This document shows, in pieces, positions 9,865 to 19,679 of a stretch of DNA of 64,000 nucleotides. The stretch covers positions 32,001-96,000 of the forward strand of contig CAWJBB010000046.1 in the NCBI GenBank assembly GCA_963840855.1, given 5' to 3'. Within the stretch, counting starts at the first letter, position 1. Each line of letters begins with the position of its first letter. This DNA comes from an uncultured delta proteobacterium. Lineage in GTDB: Bacteria > Desulfobacterota > Binatia > UBA9968. Under the pieces are notes generated by a model that was not told the origin of the DNA, searched no databases, and was given only the letters and a program-made list of their open reading frames with translations. A program made the translations under genes and the position numbers.

Positions 9865-10944
9865 TTGAAAACGCGGTTGTACGGTTCCATCGTGTTGCTG
9901 GCGATGCTTTTTGGGTCCTCAGTATCGGCCCCATGCTTCGCCGCGACGGTCCAGGAAGTCATCAAGAAAGTATCGGCATTGCCGCCGGCACAACGGAAAA
10001 AAGCGCTTGAAGACGGCGCCCGCCAAGAAGGGCAATTTGTTTTCTATACATCGGTGAGCGTTCAGGATAACCCTCGGATAATGACTGCTTTTGAAAAGGC
10101 GTTTCCCTTCGTTAAGACCGAGGTTTATCGCGGCACGCCGAGAAGCGCGTTCCTCAAGGCGGCCACGGAGGCGAGGGCCGGGCGCTATGCAGTGGATATC
10201 GTCGGAACTGCGCCGGTCGAGATGTGGCAGTTGAAACAGGCCAAGTTGTCGACGGGCTACCTGTCTCCGGAACTGCAAGGGATGCCCAAAGGCTCTTTCG
10301 ATCCGGAAGGCTACTGGTCGGCCTTTGAAGTGACGCCGATCGTGGTTGCGTTTCAAACGAAGTTGCTCAAGAGCGCCGATTTCCCGAACAACTATCAGGA
10401 TCTGCTCAATCCAAAATATAAAGGGAAAATGAATCTCGGCACCGAGGAATACGATTGGTTCAGCGTGATGCTGGACGCTATGGGGCAGGATAAGGGTCTG
10501 GCTTATATGCGGGCATTGGCCAAACAAGATCTCCACTTGCCCGGACCGAGCAGCCGCATGCGGGTCCAACTCATGTTGGCCGGAGAGTCCGCTATCGCAT
10601 TGGCGGCGCGCGGACGGCGCGTGGTCGACTTCAAAGAACAGGGAGCGCCGATCGATTTCCGCATCTTCGAACCCTACGCGGGGGAGCCCAACTCGCTGGC
10701 GATCATGGCGCGGGCGCCCCATCCGCACGCGGCGATCCTTTTTACCGACTACCTATTGTCGCAGGAAGGGCAGGTCATGCTGGCGAACATTCCCCGGCTC
10801 AGCATCCGCAAAGGCGTCAAACAGAAGGGCCTGCTGCAAGACTTGTTCGCCAAGGAATTCAGCTTCGTAAATCCGGCTTCCTACGGCGCCAATACCAAAC
10901 AACTCATCGATCAATTCAATCAGATTTTCGGTATCCGGCCGTGA
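9865..10944 (+). CDS. Extracellular solute-binding protein (Fe3+/AfuA-like)
   Basis: TTG 9865 after GAGGAGG; signal peptide; EARAGR, DLLNPKYKGK, APHPHAAILF motifs. Confidence 0.8.
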   Translation: MKTRLYGSIVLLAMLFGSSVSAPCFAATVQEVIKKVSALPPAQRKKALEDGARQEGQFVFYTSVSVQDNPRIMTAFEKAFPFVKTEVYRGTPRSAFLKAATEARAGRYAVDIVGTAPVEMWQLKQAKLSTGYLSPELQGMPKGSFDPEGYWSAFEVTPIVVAFQTKLLKSADFPNNYQDLLNPKYKGKMNLGTEEYDWFSVMLDAMGQDKGLAYMRALAKQDLHLPGPSSRMRVQLMLAGESAIALAARGRRVVDFKEQGAPIDFRIFEPYAGEPNSLAIMARAPHPHAAILFTDYLLSQEGQVMLANIPRLSIRKGVKQKGLLQDLFAKEFSFVNPASYGANTKQLIDQFNQIFGIRP

Positions 10945-10972
10945 TCGGGAAAATGCCTTTGGAGGACGAAAT

Positions 10973-11653
10973 ATGCTCGTGGACATAAGCTATCCAGATC
11001 CGGTGCGGGTCGAACTGGACGCAAGTAAGACTTTGCTGATTATCGTCGATATGGAAAATTGCTCGGCGCACCCCAACGGGCCGCAGTACATGGGCGAGCC
11101 GGTAGAAAAGATAATTCCAAGAATCGCGCAGCTCAGAAACTATGTGCGTGCCCATGGAGGGCGCGTCCTTCACACCCAATCGGTGCGCCGACGCGATGCG
11201 TTGGAATTCACCTTGTTCCACAACGTCGTGCGCAAGCTGGAAGGAAGCTGGGACGCGGAATTTATCGACGCCTTGAAGCCCGCGGCGGATGAGCCGGTGG
11301 TTGTTAAGTACACGCACGACTGCTTCTATCAAACCGAGATGGAGCACTGGTTGAAACGGCTCGAAATCCGTCCCGGCGATGGTCGGGTGATCGTGACGGG
11401 GATCGCTTCCCGCGGCTGCGTTCAATGCGCGGTGACAGGGTTCAGCATTCGCGATTATTACGTTTACGTTCCCATGGATTGCACTGCGGCAAAGGACGAA
11501 ACCGAAACCCTGCTATCGTTTTCGCTCTACCGCGGCTTCGGCTACCGTTACAATGTCACGATGACGCAGTCGGAAATGATCACGCTAGCATCGACAGCTG
11601 CGACTGCTCACGAGCCAGCCGTCACAGGCGCGGTGCGGAGTTTGCAACCCTAG
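10973..11653 (+). CDS. Isochorismatase/cysteine hydrolase family
   Basis: Asp-Lys-Cys triad context: IIVDMEN, VVKYTHDCF, GIASRGCV. Confidence 0.88.
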   Translation: MLVDISYPDPVRVELDASKTLLIIVDMENCSAHPNGPQYMGEPVEKIIPRIAQLRNYVRAHGGRVLHTQSVRRRDALEFTLFHNVVRKLEGSWDAEFIDALKPAADEPVVVKYTHDCFYQTEMEHWLKRLEIRPGDGRVIVTGIASRGCVQCAVTGFSIRDYYVYVPMDCTAAKDETETLLSFSLYRGFGYRYNVTMTQSEMITLASTAATAHEPAVTGAVRSLQP

Positions 11654-11675
11654 GGCAGCGGACGACCGGGGAATC

Positions 11676-12716
11676 TTAATAGCCCCAACGTCGCGCCGCC
11701 ACGCTGACGCGGGCGAATTCGTCTTGCAGCTCCGGCCGCGCTCGCAGTTCCGCGAACGCCTCCTTCACTAAATCTTGCGCGGCCACGTCTTTGATGGGCG
11801 GAACGTCGTAATTCAGATCTCCAATCGCTTTCTCTTCGCGCAAAAGATCCTCGAAGCCGGTAGCGAGCCCATCGATGGGAAAGGGCATTGCCTCAAGGTG
11901 CTGAGGCGATTCTCCGGCGAACTTGATTTCTCGTTCTTCAGGATCCGGACTTGCGCAACGCAGCCTTCTCTCAAGATTGTGGAGGTACTCAAAATTCTTG
12001 GGCATGTCTCGCATGAACCAGTACGCCCGGATCATGGCTCTGAGAAACGCCTTCACCAATTCCGGCCTTTCTTCGAGGATTCGGCCGGTAGCAGCGATAA
12101 TGCGCTCGGGCCGGCCGTTGGGATACTGTTGCTGCAGCGTCACCAGGGCATGGCACCCCTCTTTTTTGAGCTCTTCAGCTTCCCAGACCGCCACCGGCGC
12201 GCAGTCGACCTTGCCTGAGCGCAATGCCTCGATATGGACCGGGTGATAGATTCCCCGAACGAACTCCACATCGCGGTTTGGGTCGAGGCCTGCCTTGTGC
12301 AGCCAGATCGTGATGCCCCAGTGGCGATTGCTGCCGAAATCGCTGATGCCGACCTTCTTACCCTTGAGATCCTGAAGCGACTTGATGTGCGGCGCGCTCA
12401 TCCACACGTGAATATGTTGGTTCCGCCAACCTGCAATTATATAGAGATCAGCACCCCTGGAGCGCTGGTAAAACACAGTCCGAGTTTGAACGTCGAGCGC
12501 GATATCAATTGATTTTTCCTTCATGGCTTGTGAGATTCCCAATTTTTCCAACCCAAACGGTACCATGGAATCCCGCGAGATCTCGTAAGCCGGGAAACCG
12601 TCGGCGCTTCTCAGTCCCTCATCGTGGAAGAAGTTCATCTCGTGCGCGGTCATGACCGGGACGAGGTGAAGCACATGATAACAAGTCGGCGCGATGCGTA
12701 ATTTTCCGTCTAACAT
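11676..12716 (-). CDS. NMT1/THI5/SsuA-like SBP-fold protein without signal peptide
   Basis: IKSLQDLKGKKVGIS, GLDPNRDV, ERPELVKAFLRA motifs. Confidence 0.75.
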   Translation of the reverse strand: MLDGKLRIAPTCYHVLHLVPVMTAHEMNFFHDEGLRSADGFPAYEISRDSMVPFGLEKLGISQAMKEKSIDIALDVQTRTVFYQRSRGADLYIIAGWRNQHIHVWMSAPHIKSLQDLKGKKVGISDFGSNRHWGITIWLHKAGLDPNRDVEFVRGIYHPVHIEALRSGKVDCAPVAVWEAEELKKEGCHALVTLQQQYPNGRPERIIAATGRILEERPELVKAFLRAMIRAYWFMRDMPKNFEYLHNLERRLRCASPDPEEREIKFAGESPQHLEAMPFPIDGLATGFEDLLREEKAIGDLNYDVPPIKDVAAQDLVKEAFAELRARPELQDEFARVSVAARRWGY

Positions 12717-12734
12717 ACGAGATTTCCTTCCGCG

Positions 12735-13958
12735 CTATCGCAGCCGTTTGGCGACAACCCTGAGCGCGCCGCTGTTGTTGCCGTAATGGGTCTTCAGATC
12801 GTTGGCAAAAGTGAATAGGTCGGCTTCTCTGGGCGCCGTGAATTCACAACCCGCGCCGATTCGGAAGAGATCCGTCTCCTCGTCATCCAACGCGCCAACG
12901 AGCTCGAACCAATTTGCCACGGGCAGGCGCCTCTCGTTTTCGAAGTGCTTGATCACTCCCTCTTTGTACCAAGGCAGCTGTTCGCTCGTCCATCCGTCCG
13001 CGCCGCAGCTGATGGTCGCGTCTTGCCACTTCTGGTTGTCGGGAACGTCGAAGCGGTAGGTGGCCCCTTTCTCCAAGCGGAGCCCCGACCAGTTATACCT
13101 GTCGGCTGCGCGGACCGGAAAGGTCGCGGCTTCGCCGATTGCCAGTTGCTTGCCCACTGCGGTCGGATGATAGAGATCCGTGGCATGCGCTGGACGGTGC
13201 GCGTTCCGCTGTATGTCCTTGTTATGAGAGATGCTTGCCAGAGGGTCACATTCGGCCGCCAGGAGGTTGATCTGCTCCGTCGTTACCGGCAAGCCGGAGA
13301 CCTGGGCCTGCTCCAACATCCAATGGAGCGCGATGTTGTTGCGCAGAAGATTTCCGTTACCGCCGCCGACGTCGCTGTGCACGCCCCGGAACCAGCGTTC
13401 CTCGATGCGAGGATTGGCGTTGCCGATATTGAGGCGAGTGGCGTGGAAGGTCTGGCGCCGCTCCTCAATCGCCATGGCGTGCGCGCAGCGCCGCACCGTG
13501 TCCGGTATGCGGTCGATCGTCCAGCCGAGGTTGACGTGCTGAAAATTGATGATGAGGTCGATGGGAATGCCGAAAGATCCGACGATGTCCCATAGCCCCA
13601 AAAAACGAATCTCCGGCGTTTCGGTGCTGCCGTTGGAAAGCTTCAAGCCTTGCATAGCCAGAATATTGGCGAAATGCGTCGCCAGAGCAGCGCCGCGGCT
13701 GAAGCCGACGATGTCGAAGACATGGTCACCGTTCTCCCAGTTCTTTCGTGCAGCATCGTACATTTCTTCGATACGCGAGCGACCGCCCGAGCCGAACACT
13801 CCTCCGAGGAGACGCCCGACCGTGCCGAAGCGGGTGCCGACGCCGCCGCGGTATTCCACTGGGCCTTCGTAAAGATCGCGGAACCGCACGACATTGGTTT
13901 CCTTTTCCGGTGCGTCTTCGTCTTCCTTCCAGGTTCCGTCGAATGCGTATAGCGCCAT
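12735..13958 (-). CDS. DUF2235 (Tle1-like alpha/beta hydrolase) protein with C-terminal beta-rich domain
   Basis: FDGTW, TNV, GFSRGAA, FLGLWDIV, WFRGVHSDVGGG motifs. Confidence 0.85.
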   Translation of the reverse strand: MALYAFDGTWKEDEDAPEKETNVVRFRDLYEGPVEYRGGVGTRFGTVGRLLGGVFGSGGRSRIEEMYDAARKNWENGDHVFDIVGFSRGAALATHFANILAMQGLKLSNGSTETPEIRFLGLWDIVGSFGIPIDLIINFQHVNLGWTIDRIPDTVRRCAHAMAIEERRQTFHATRLNIGNANPRIEERWFRGVHSDVGGGNGNLLRNNIALHWMLEQAQVSGLPVTTEQINLLAAECDPLASISHNKDIQRNAHRPAHATDLYHPTAVGKQLAIGEAATFPVRAADRYNWSGLRLEKGATYRFDVPDNQKWQDATISCGADGWTSEQLPWYKEGVIKHFENERRLPVANWFELVGALDDEETDLFRIGAGCEFTAPREADLFTFANDLKTHYGNNSGALRVVAKRLR

Positions 13959-14108
13959 TGAGGTTCCCTCCTCTTCTGGGATTATGAAGCGACGCGGGCT
14001 GACTTCGGGCGAGTTCAGCGGTGCGCCTCAAGTGCCGCGGCCCCACAGACCGCAATAGCGCCTCAGGACGAAGGGCATTGCCGACTCGTAATTGGATCGC
14101 CACAGGCA

Positions 14109-14669
14109 TTAGGTTTCTCTGGCGCCCAATATTTTCAGTAACTCCAGCGCTTCACGGGCAGGCAGATAGCCGGGATCGATTTCTAGAGATTTTTTGAACT
14201 CTTCTCTGGCCTTCTCATACTGCTTTTTTTTGATATAGATCCTGCCCAGATTAAAATACGGAAACTGATAACAGCAATATCGCTTTGCGCGCTTGGCTTT
14301 CTCCAGGTAGGGAATCGCTTGATCTTCCTTGCCCTGCTCCATGAGATAAACGCCTATGTCATTGTAGGGGTTGCCATACTCGGGATCCGTGCGGATCGCT
14401 TTTTCGGCATACTCAATGGCGTGTTCGTAGACCCCCAAATGACCATAGGTCCAACCCAAAAAAGTGTACGCCTCCGCCGTGGGCCGAATCGCGAGGGACT
14501 TCATGTAGAATTGGATTGCCTCCGGATATAGACCGAGTTCGGTCAAGAGATAGCCCGCCGTGTAGAGTTCTTCGGCTTGTTTCGCCGGGTCGTCGGCCTG
14601 GGAAGCGCACAGGTTTTCTCGCGGCACGAAAGCAAGTAGTGCGAGAAGGCAAAGGGCGGGCTTTTTCAC
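14109..14669 (-). CDS. Secreted tetratricopeptide repeat protein
   Basis: Signal peptide; TPR repeats (AEAYTFLGWTY, GNPYNDIGVY, PYFNLGRIY). Confidence 0.85.
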   Translation of the reverse strand: MKKPALCLLALLAFVPRENLCASQADDPAKQAEELYTAGYLLTELGLYPEAIQFYMKSLAIRPTAEAYTFLGWTYGHLGVYEHAIEYAEKAIRTDPEYGNPYNDIGVYLMEQGKEDQAIPYLEKAKRAKRYCCYQFPYFNLGRIYIKKKQYEKAREEFKKSLEIDPGYLPAREALELLKILGARET

Positions 14670-14693
14670 GAAAGACCTTTATTTGAATCGCTC

Positions 14694-15815
14694 TCACTGG
14701 GGCCGGGCTTTGCCGGCCAGGGCGTCATCGATTATTTTTACCGCCGGCTTTACGTCCATGAATTCCGGGCCCTCGACAAAAAAGTACTTTCTCCCGGCTG
14801 TGCGCCGCTGCCCCGCGGGAACTTTATCCTTGGGTATGTCGATGCGGAGCGAATCACGGTCACCATGGCTTTCCTGATAGACGATCTGGCCCCGGCGCGA
14901 AAGAAACCAGTTGATAAAAACCTTGGCCGCGTTGGGATGGGGCGCCTTATTGACAACGGTGATGGCGCTGGCGCTTCCTCTCAGACGCGGCATCTCCTTA
15001 AGGTCATTGTGGTTGATGAAATCGACGGGAAGTCCCTGGGATTTGGCCTTGGTTGCAAATCCGTCTCGGCAAAACGTGCACAGAGCCACTTTTCCCACTC
15101 CCACCCAGTCGAGGGCCTGCTGGTGCTCCCGGCTGAGGACGACATCCATCTCGCCGAAAAGCCGCCGAATGAATTCCGCGCCCAACTCTGGATGATAATA
15201 GAGATAGCGCAGTTCGCTTGCGCCAAAGCCTGGATCGCGCGCGTCCAGGCTGACAATTTTCCCTTTCCACTTGGGATGAAAGAGATCCCAATACGACTTG
15301 AACTCGTCGGCCTTGGCGAGCTTCGTATTGTACGTGACCGTAAAACCCGAAACGCTCCCTTCATTGACAAAGATGTACCTGCGCTCGGACTCAATATAAA
15401 CGTGCTTCCCTTCCCACCAGAGCGAAGGATCCACGACTTCCGGAAGGACTAAGAGGGGAGCTAAGGGATCAAACAGCCTGTTCTGGTAAAATTCGTAAAG
15501 GGAAGTGGGACCGCCGAGATAAACGTCGGCGAGATACTTTCCCGCCCTGCGCTCGGAAAGAAGCCGGGGAGAGATCCGGGAACTATTGCCGTGAACGATC
15601 GTGGCTTTGATCTCAGTATGATCCTTCTGAAACTCGGTGAAGATCTGCGGATGGTATGGTCCCAGAGCAGCGTAGATGACGATCTGTCCTTCCTGCTTGG
15701 CCGCCTGGACCGTTTTCTCCCATTCCAGTTGCCAGGACGCTTTTTCGGCCGCGGCGGTTTTTTCCGTCCAGCCAACAAAGAGAGCAAGAGAAAGCGCGGC
15801 GAGGACGATGCACAT
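14694..15815 (-). CDS. Extracellular solute-binding protein (Fe3+-like)
   Basis: Signal peptide, WEKTVQAAKQEG, ERRAGKYLAD, APHPNAAKVFINWFLS. Confidence 0.82.
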   Translation of the reverse strand: MCIVLAALSLALFVGWTEKTAAAEKASWQLEWEKTVQAAKQEGQIVIYAALGPYHPQIFTEFQKDHTEIKATIVHGNSSRISPRLLSERRAGKYLADVYLGGPTSLYEFYQNRLFDPLAPLLVLPEVVDPSLWWEGKHVYIESERRYIFVNEGSVSGFTVTYNTKLAKADEFKSYWDLFHPKWKGKIVSLDARDPGFGASELRYLYYHPELGAEFIRRLFGEMDVVLSREHQQALDWVGVGKVALCTFCRDGFATKAKSQGLPVDFINHNDLKEMPRLRGSASAITVVNKAPHPNAAKVFINWFLSRRGQIVYQESHGDRDSLRIDIPKDKVPAGQRRTAGRKYFFVEGPEFMDVKPAVKIIDDALAGKARPQ

Positions 15816-15850
15816 GGTTCTCTTCGTAGAACCTCCCTGGCCAGCACAAC

Positions 15851-17173
15851 TTACGCGAAAACGAGATTGCCTTCTTTGTCCCTAATCAGTCCTCTACCCC
15901 CGGTGGAAGAAGGCATATTCTCCGGGCCGATCTTGAGATCGCTGACCTTAACATGGCCATGGTAGGTGTCGACCTCAAGCATTTCTTTAACTTGACGTAA
16001 CACTCCTTTTGGGTCTTTGCCGTTAGCGACGTCTTCCATCGCTTTGTGCCAGATTCGCCGCATCATGATGACACCGCGATCGGAGGTGGCGAGATGTTCG
16101 AGCCGACGATCCGGGATTTCTCCCTGAGATTCTTGCAACACCAGATCTTCGAGCGCGGGGACGCCTTCCCAGGCGGAGTACCGGCGCTTGTCGTGCGCCT
16201 TTTTCTCAACCGTTCCTTGAAGGTTGGCCGGCAAACCAAACATCCAGGCGCCTCGATAATTTCCTTTGCGCCACAGATTGTAGCGTATGAGCTCGAAGTG
16301 CGTGTCGTCGATGATGCGAATCATGCCGCCGCCTTCCTGGCGTTCATCGGTGAAATCGGGCGGAAAGCCGGATCGTATACCGGAAAAACGCCAGTGAATC
16401 GGCATGGCGAGGCTCCAGGTGTTGACGAATTTGACGTTTGGGTCGCCGGTGTCGAGCACGGACACGGTCTTCATTCCGAAGTCCGTCTCCACATGTTCCA
16501 GCGGCAGCGGCGACCAGTTTTTGATGCTGCAATCGGTATATGGTTTGAGTTCTTGCGGTAACTCCCGAACCACCAGGCCATGGAGAATGACGGCGTGTCC
16601 CATATCGGCAAAATTTTCCATCCAGTTGAGATAGTTATAGTTGCGGAAATCGCCGTCGACGAGCTTTACTTCTCCGTCGGTGCGGGCGAGGACATCGATC
16701 TTGGGTAGGGGAGGTGGGTTATCTTTCTCCGGCCCCATATAGGTCCAGACGACTCCACCCCATTCTTCAACGGGATACCAGAGATGACGGATATTTTGTT
16801 TGAGCGTGCTGTCACAGGGCTCTAAAGGTGTGTCGATGCAGCGGCCTTTCACGTCGTATCTCCAGCCGTGGTAGGAGCACATGAGGCCGTCATCCCGCAC
16901 CTGGCCGTACTCTAACGACGCGAGCCGGTGCGAACAGTGAATGCCCAATAGTCCAGGCCGTCCCTTGCCGTCACGGAAGACCACTAAATCTTCGCACAAC
17001 ATCCGCACGGCAATGGGAATATCTTTGAGATTTTCCGATAGACAGACCGGGTGCCAGTAGCGGCGCAGCATTTCTCCCGCTCTGGTTCCCGGTCCGGTGC
17101 GCGGCAAATCGTCGAGCAATTTTTGCAATCCGCTGGGTGTTGACACTGGGCTTTTCAATTCGGTTACGGACAT
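15851..17173 (-). CDS. Rieske non-heme iron oxygenase alpha subunit (phthalate dioxygenase-like)
   Basis: CSHR...CSYHGW Rieske motif; ENFADMGHAVILH mononuclear Fe motif; EHLATSDRGV. Confidence 0.92.
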   Translation of the reverse strand: MSVTELKSPVSTPSGLQKLLDDLPRTGPGTRAGEMLRRYWHPVCLSENLKDIPIAVRMLCEDLVVFRDGKGRPGLLGIHCSHRLASLEYGQVRDDGLMCSYHGWRYDVKGRCIDTPLEPCDSTLKQNIRHLWYPVEEWGGVVWTYMGPEKDNPPPLPKIDVLARTDGEVKLVDGDFRNYNYLNWMENFADMGHAVILHGLVVRELPQELKPYTDCSIKNWSPLPLEHVETDFGMKTVSVLDTGDPNVKFVNTWSLAMPIHWRFSGIRSGFPPDFTDERQEGGGMIRIIDDTHFELIRYNLWRKGNYRGAWMFGLPANLQGTVEKKAHDKRRYSAWEGVPALEDLVLQESQGEIPDRRLEHLATSDRGVIMMRRIWHKAMEDVANGKDPKGVLRQVKEMLEVDTYHGHVKVSDLKIGPENMPSSTGGRGLIRDKEGNLVFA

Positions 17174-17393
17174 ATATTAGTCCTTTGTCCGGTTGTTTTG
17201 GTTTTTGCGAAAATCTAACGAACCTCTTGAGTGCCGTTTTCCCGGCGCGTGACACCGGTTGCCCAAGTATCACGTCATCTGTTATTCAAGATACCGGCTG
17301 CGGCTATACCAACCTAGTTAGCCGATGCCCATGTGCTTGTCAATTTTGAAACGCCAATACTCCGTCACTCCGTTCACGCTTTTGGAGGGTGTC

Positions 17394-18202
17394 ATGGCTA
17401 AACATGGTTTAAAGGCTTTCGACAGCGATATGCATGTCTATGACGCGGCCGATCTATACGACAAGTACATGAACCCCAAATGGTGGCCATCGCATTCCCA
17501 GAGGGCCAACGCAACGGCAAACATGGCCGGGTGAGAGTTCTCACACTGGCGGCATCTCAAAAGATCCGGACGAGCATCGTGAGCGATGTCATCAAATGCA
17601 TGGGCGACGATACAATTCGCATCGCTATCGACTATCCTGGTATCGACGCGCACTTTACTGATGCATTGGATGAGTTTCTCGAAACCGATGGACTTGACGA
17701 AGGCTTGGACGTCGCAGAATCGTCTGGGACAATTCCGCACCTATGCGGTTGCGATTGAACGAAACTATTTGACCACAAAGTACGCGAGTGAGCTTATTCA
17801 AGGAGTGCAAGCCGCTCGAATCGTTCAAGCCGTCCGAGCCAATGGGTGGCGTTGATCACGTTGCACGACTGAACGATCTTGACGTTTGGTACATAGTTCG
17901 GCGCTGAAGCTGAACTCGTGGTGCGTCCCGCTGTTTTGCGCCCTTTGTCCGCTTAGATTCCGAAAACGAGCGACTATTTTCTCAAGCAATGCTTTATCTC
18001 CATGGATCCGGACGAGCAGCTTGTGAGCGATGTCATCAAACGCATCGGCGACGACAATATACTTATCTCTACGGACTATCCCCATATCGACGCCCATTTT
18101 CCTCATGCATTGGATGAGTTTTTCGAGATCGAGGGATTGAGCGCAAATAGCCGGCGGAAGATCCTGTGGGACAACTGCGCGCGCTTGTACGACGTCCTGT
18201 AG
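17394..18202 (+). pseudogene. Remnants of amidohydrolase-2 family gene(s)
   Basis: N-terminal DSDMHV at 17394; two diverged copies of the C-terminus (DPDE..VSDVIK..GDD....DYP..D) at about 17563-17755 and 18002-18202; middle of the gene is absent. Confidence 0.75.
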
Positions 18203-18225
18203 GGGCAGGCATGCCGTGCCCCTAC
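18199..18225. repeat. GTAG-type REP-like palindrome
   Basis: GTAGGGGCAGGCATGCCGTGCCCCTAC; same arms as the copy at 2089. Confidence 0.75.
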
Positions 18226-18241
18226 GTCGATGGAGGCATAA

Positions 18242-19495
18242 ATGCTGTTATCCGAAGAAGAACTAGAGCGGATGCAGACACGGTTTCCGTATCCGCGCTT
18301 TTCCCAGGCCGAGTACCGGCGGCGTTACGAAAACATCCGCAAGATGATGCGCGAGATGAACCTCGATTGCCTGCTGATCATCGGCGGGTCGGCGGCCTAT
18401 GGCCGGCTCTGGTTCAATCTCCGCTACGTCACCAACGTGATGGGGAAAGCGGAAATGGCGACTTATTGTCTCTTTCCGAAGGAGGGCGATCCGGCCGTGG
18501 TTACACGGCCGGGCCATTCGCTAGCCGGCGCCATGCTCGCCAGAACCGTCGTGCGCAATATTATCGTCGGCCAACCAAGCGTGCTGGATGCCATCGTCAA
18601 TGAGATCAAAGAGCGCGCTTACGACAACGGCAGAGTCGGTGTCGTCGAGTACGATCCCTACACGTCGATCCCGAAGAATCACTGGGATTTTTTTACCGCC
18701 AACCTACCCCGGGCCGAATTTGTTTTTGTCACGAAAGAGTTCATCGCCATGCGGCTACTAAAAAGCGCCGAGGAAATTCAATTCCTCGAACGCTCCGCCG
18801 AGCTCGGCGACGTTGGCATTCGCGCGATGCAAAATCGGGTCAAACCCGGCATGACCGAAAGCGAAGTGTTCGGCATCGTCCATGAAGCCGTCATGCGCGA
18901 GGGCGGCGAGATGGGCATGATCCAACTCGGTTCCTGTCCGATGCTCGACCCGGATATCAACGACCAGCGCCCCCGGCCCGTCGATCGGATCATCGGCGAC
19001 CGCGACCTCATCAACAACGAGTTGGGCATTTTCTACAACGGCTACGAAGCCCAGTGTGGCAAACCGGTCATGACCGGCGAGCCGACGGCGGAATACAAAG
19101 AGATGTTCGACCTCGCGATGGAAGGGTACAAGCGGCTCGTGCCGACGATGTACGCGGGTAAAAGCAGCGCCGAGTCCGCCGAAGCCATGAAATTTATTCA
19201 CGACACCGAGTATGAGTTTTACGGCGGTTTTCTGCAGGGCATGCTCGGCGCCAATCCGCGCCATGAGCCGCAGATCGGCTTCGACCGCGTTCAGAGCAGC
19301 GAAGATCGATTCCTCTATGGCCCCGACGGCCGCCTGGTCTATCAGGTCGGCCATGTTTTCACGTTGCAGATGCATATCGTCGATAGGAGCCATACCCGCG
19401 GCCTGTTTGTCGGCGATTTCTTCGCCATCGAAGAAAACGGCCCGCGCTGCTTGAACAAGTTTCCGCCGCAGATAGTCCGGACTGCCCGGCACTAA
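18242..19495 (+). CDS. M24 (Xaa-Pro aminopeptidase/creatinase) family protein
   Basis: FSQAEYRRR, NLRYVTN, KSAEEI, VKPGMTESE motifs. Confidence 0.85.
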   Translation: MLLSEEELERMQTRFPYPRFSQAEYRRRYENIRKMMREMNLDCLLIIGGSAAYGRLWFNLRYVTNVMGKAEMATYCLFPKEGDPAVVTRPGHSLAGAMLARTVVRNIIVGQPSVLDAIVNEIKERAYDNGRVGVVEYDPYTSIPKNHWDFFTANLPRAEFVFVTKEFIAMRLLKSAEEIQFLERSAELGDVGIRAMQNRVKPGMTESEVFGIVHEAVMREGGEMGMIQLGSCPMLDPDINDQRPRPVDRIIGDRDLINNELGIFYNGYEAQCGKPVMTGEPTAEYKEMFDLAMEGYKRLVPTMYAGKSSAESAEAMKFIHDTEYEFYGGFLQGMLGANPRHEPQIGFDRVQSSEDRFLYGPDGRLVYQVGHVFTLQMHIVDRSHTRGLFVGDFFAIEENGPRCLNKFPPQIVRTARH

Positions 19496-19679
19496 ACTCA
19501 GATCACGTTATTTAAAGCGTTCCAGCCGTTCCCATCATTCAAGGCATCGAAGAACCTGGGATTCCGCGGCTTCAATAATCGGAAAAGCATCCGGCTTCGG
19601 CGTCCCGTGATTCGGTAAATTTGTAATAATTTGTAAGTATTTTGGATTTTTTCCACAACAATATGGTATGGCTAGAACC

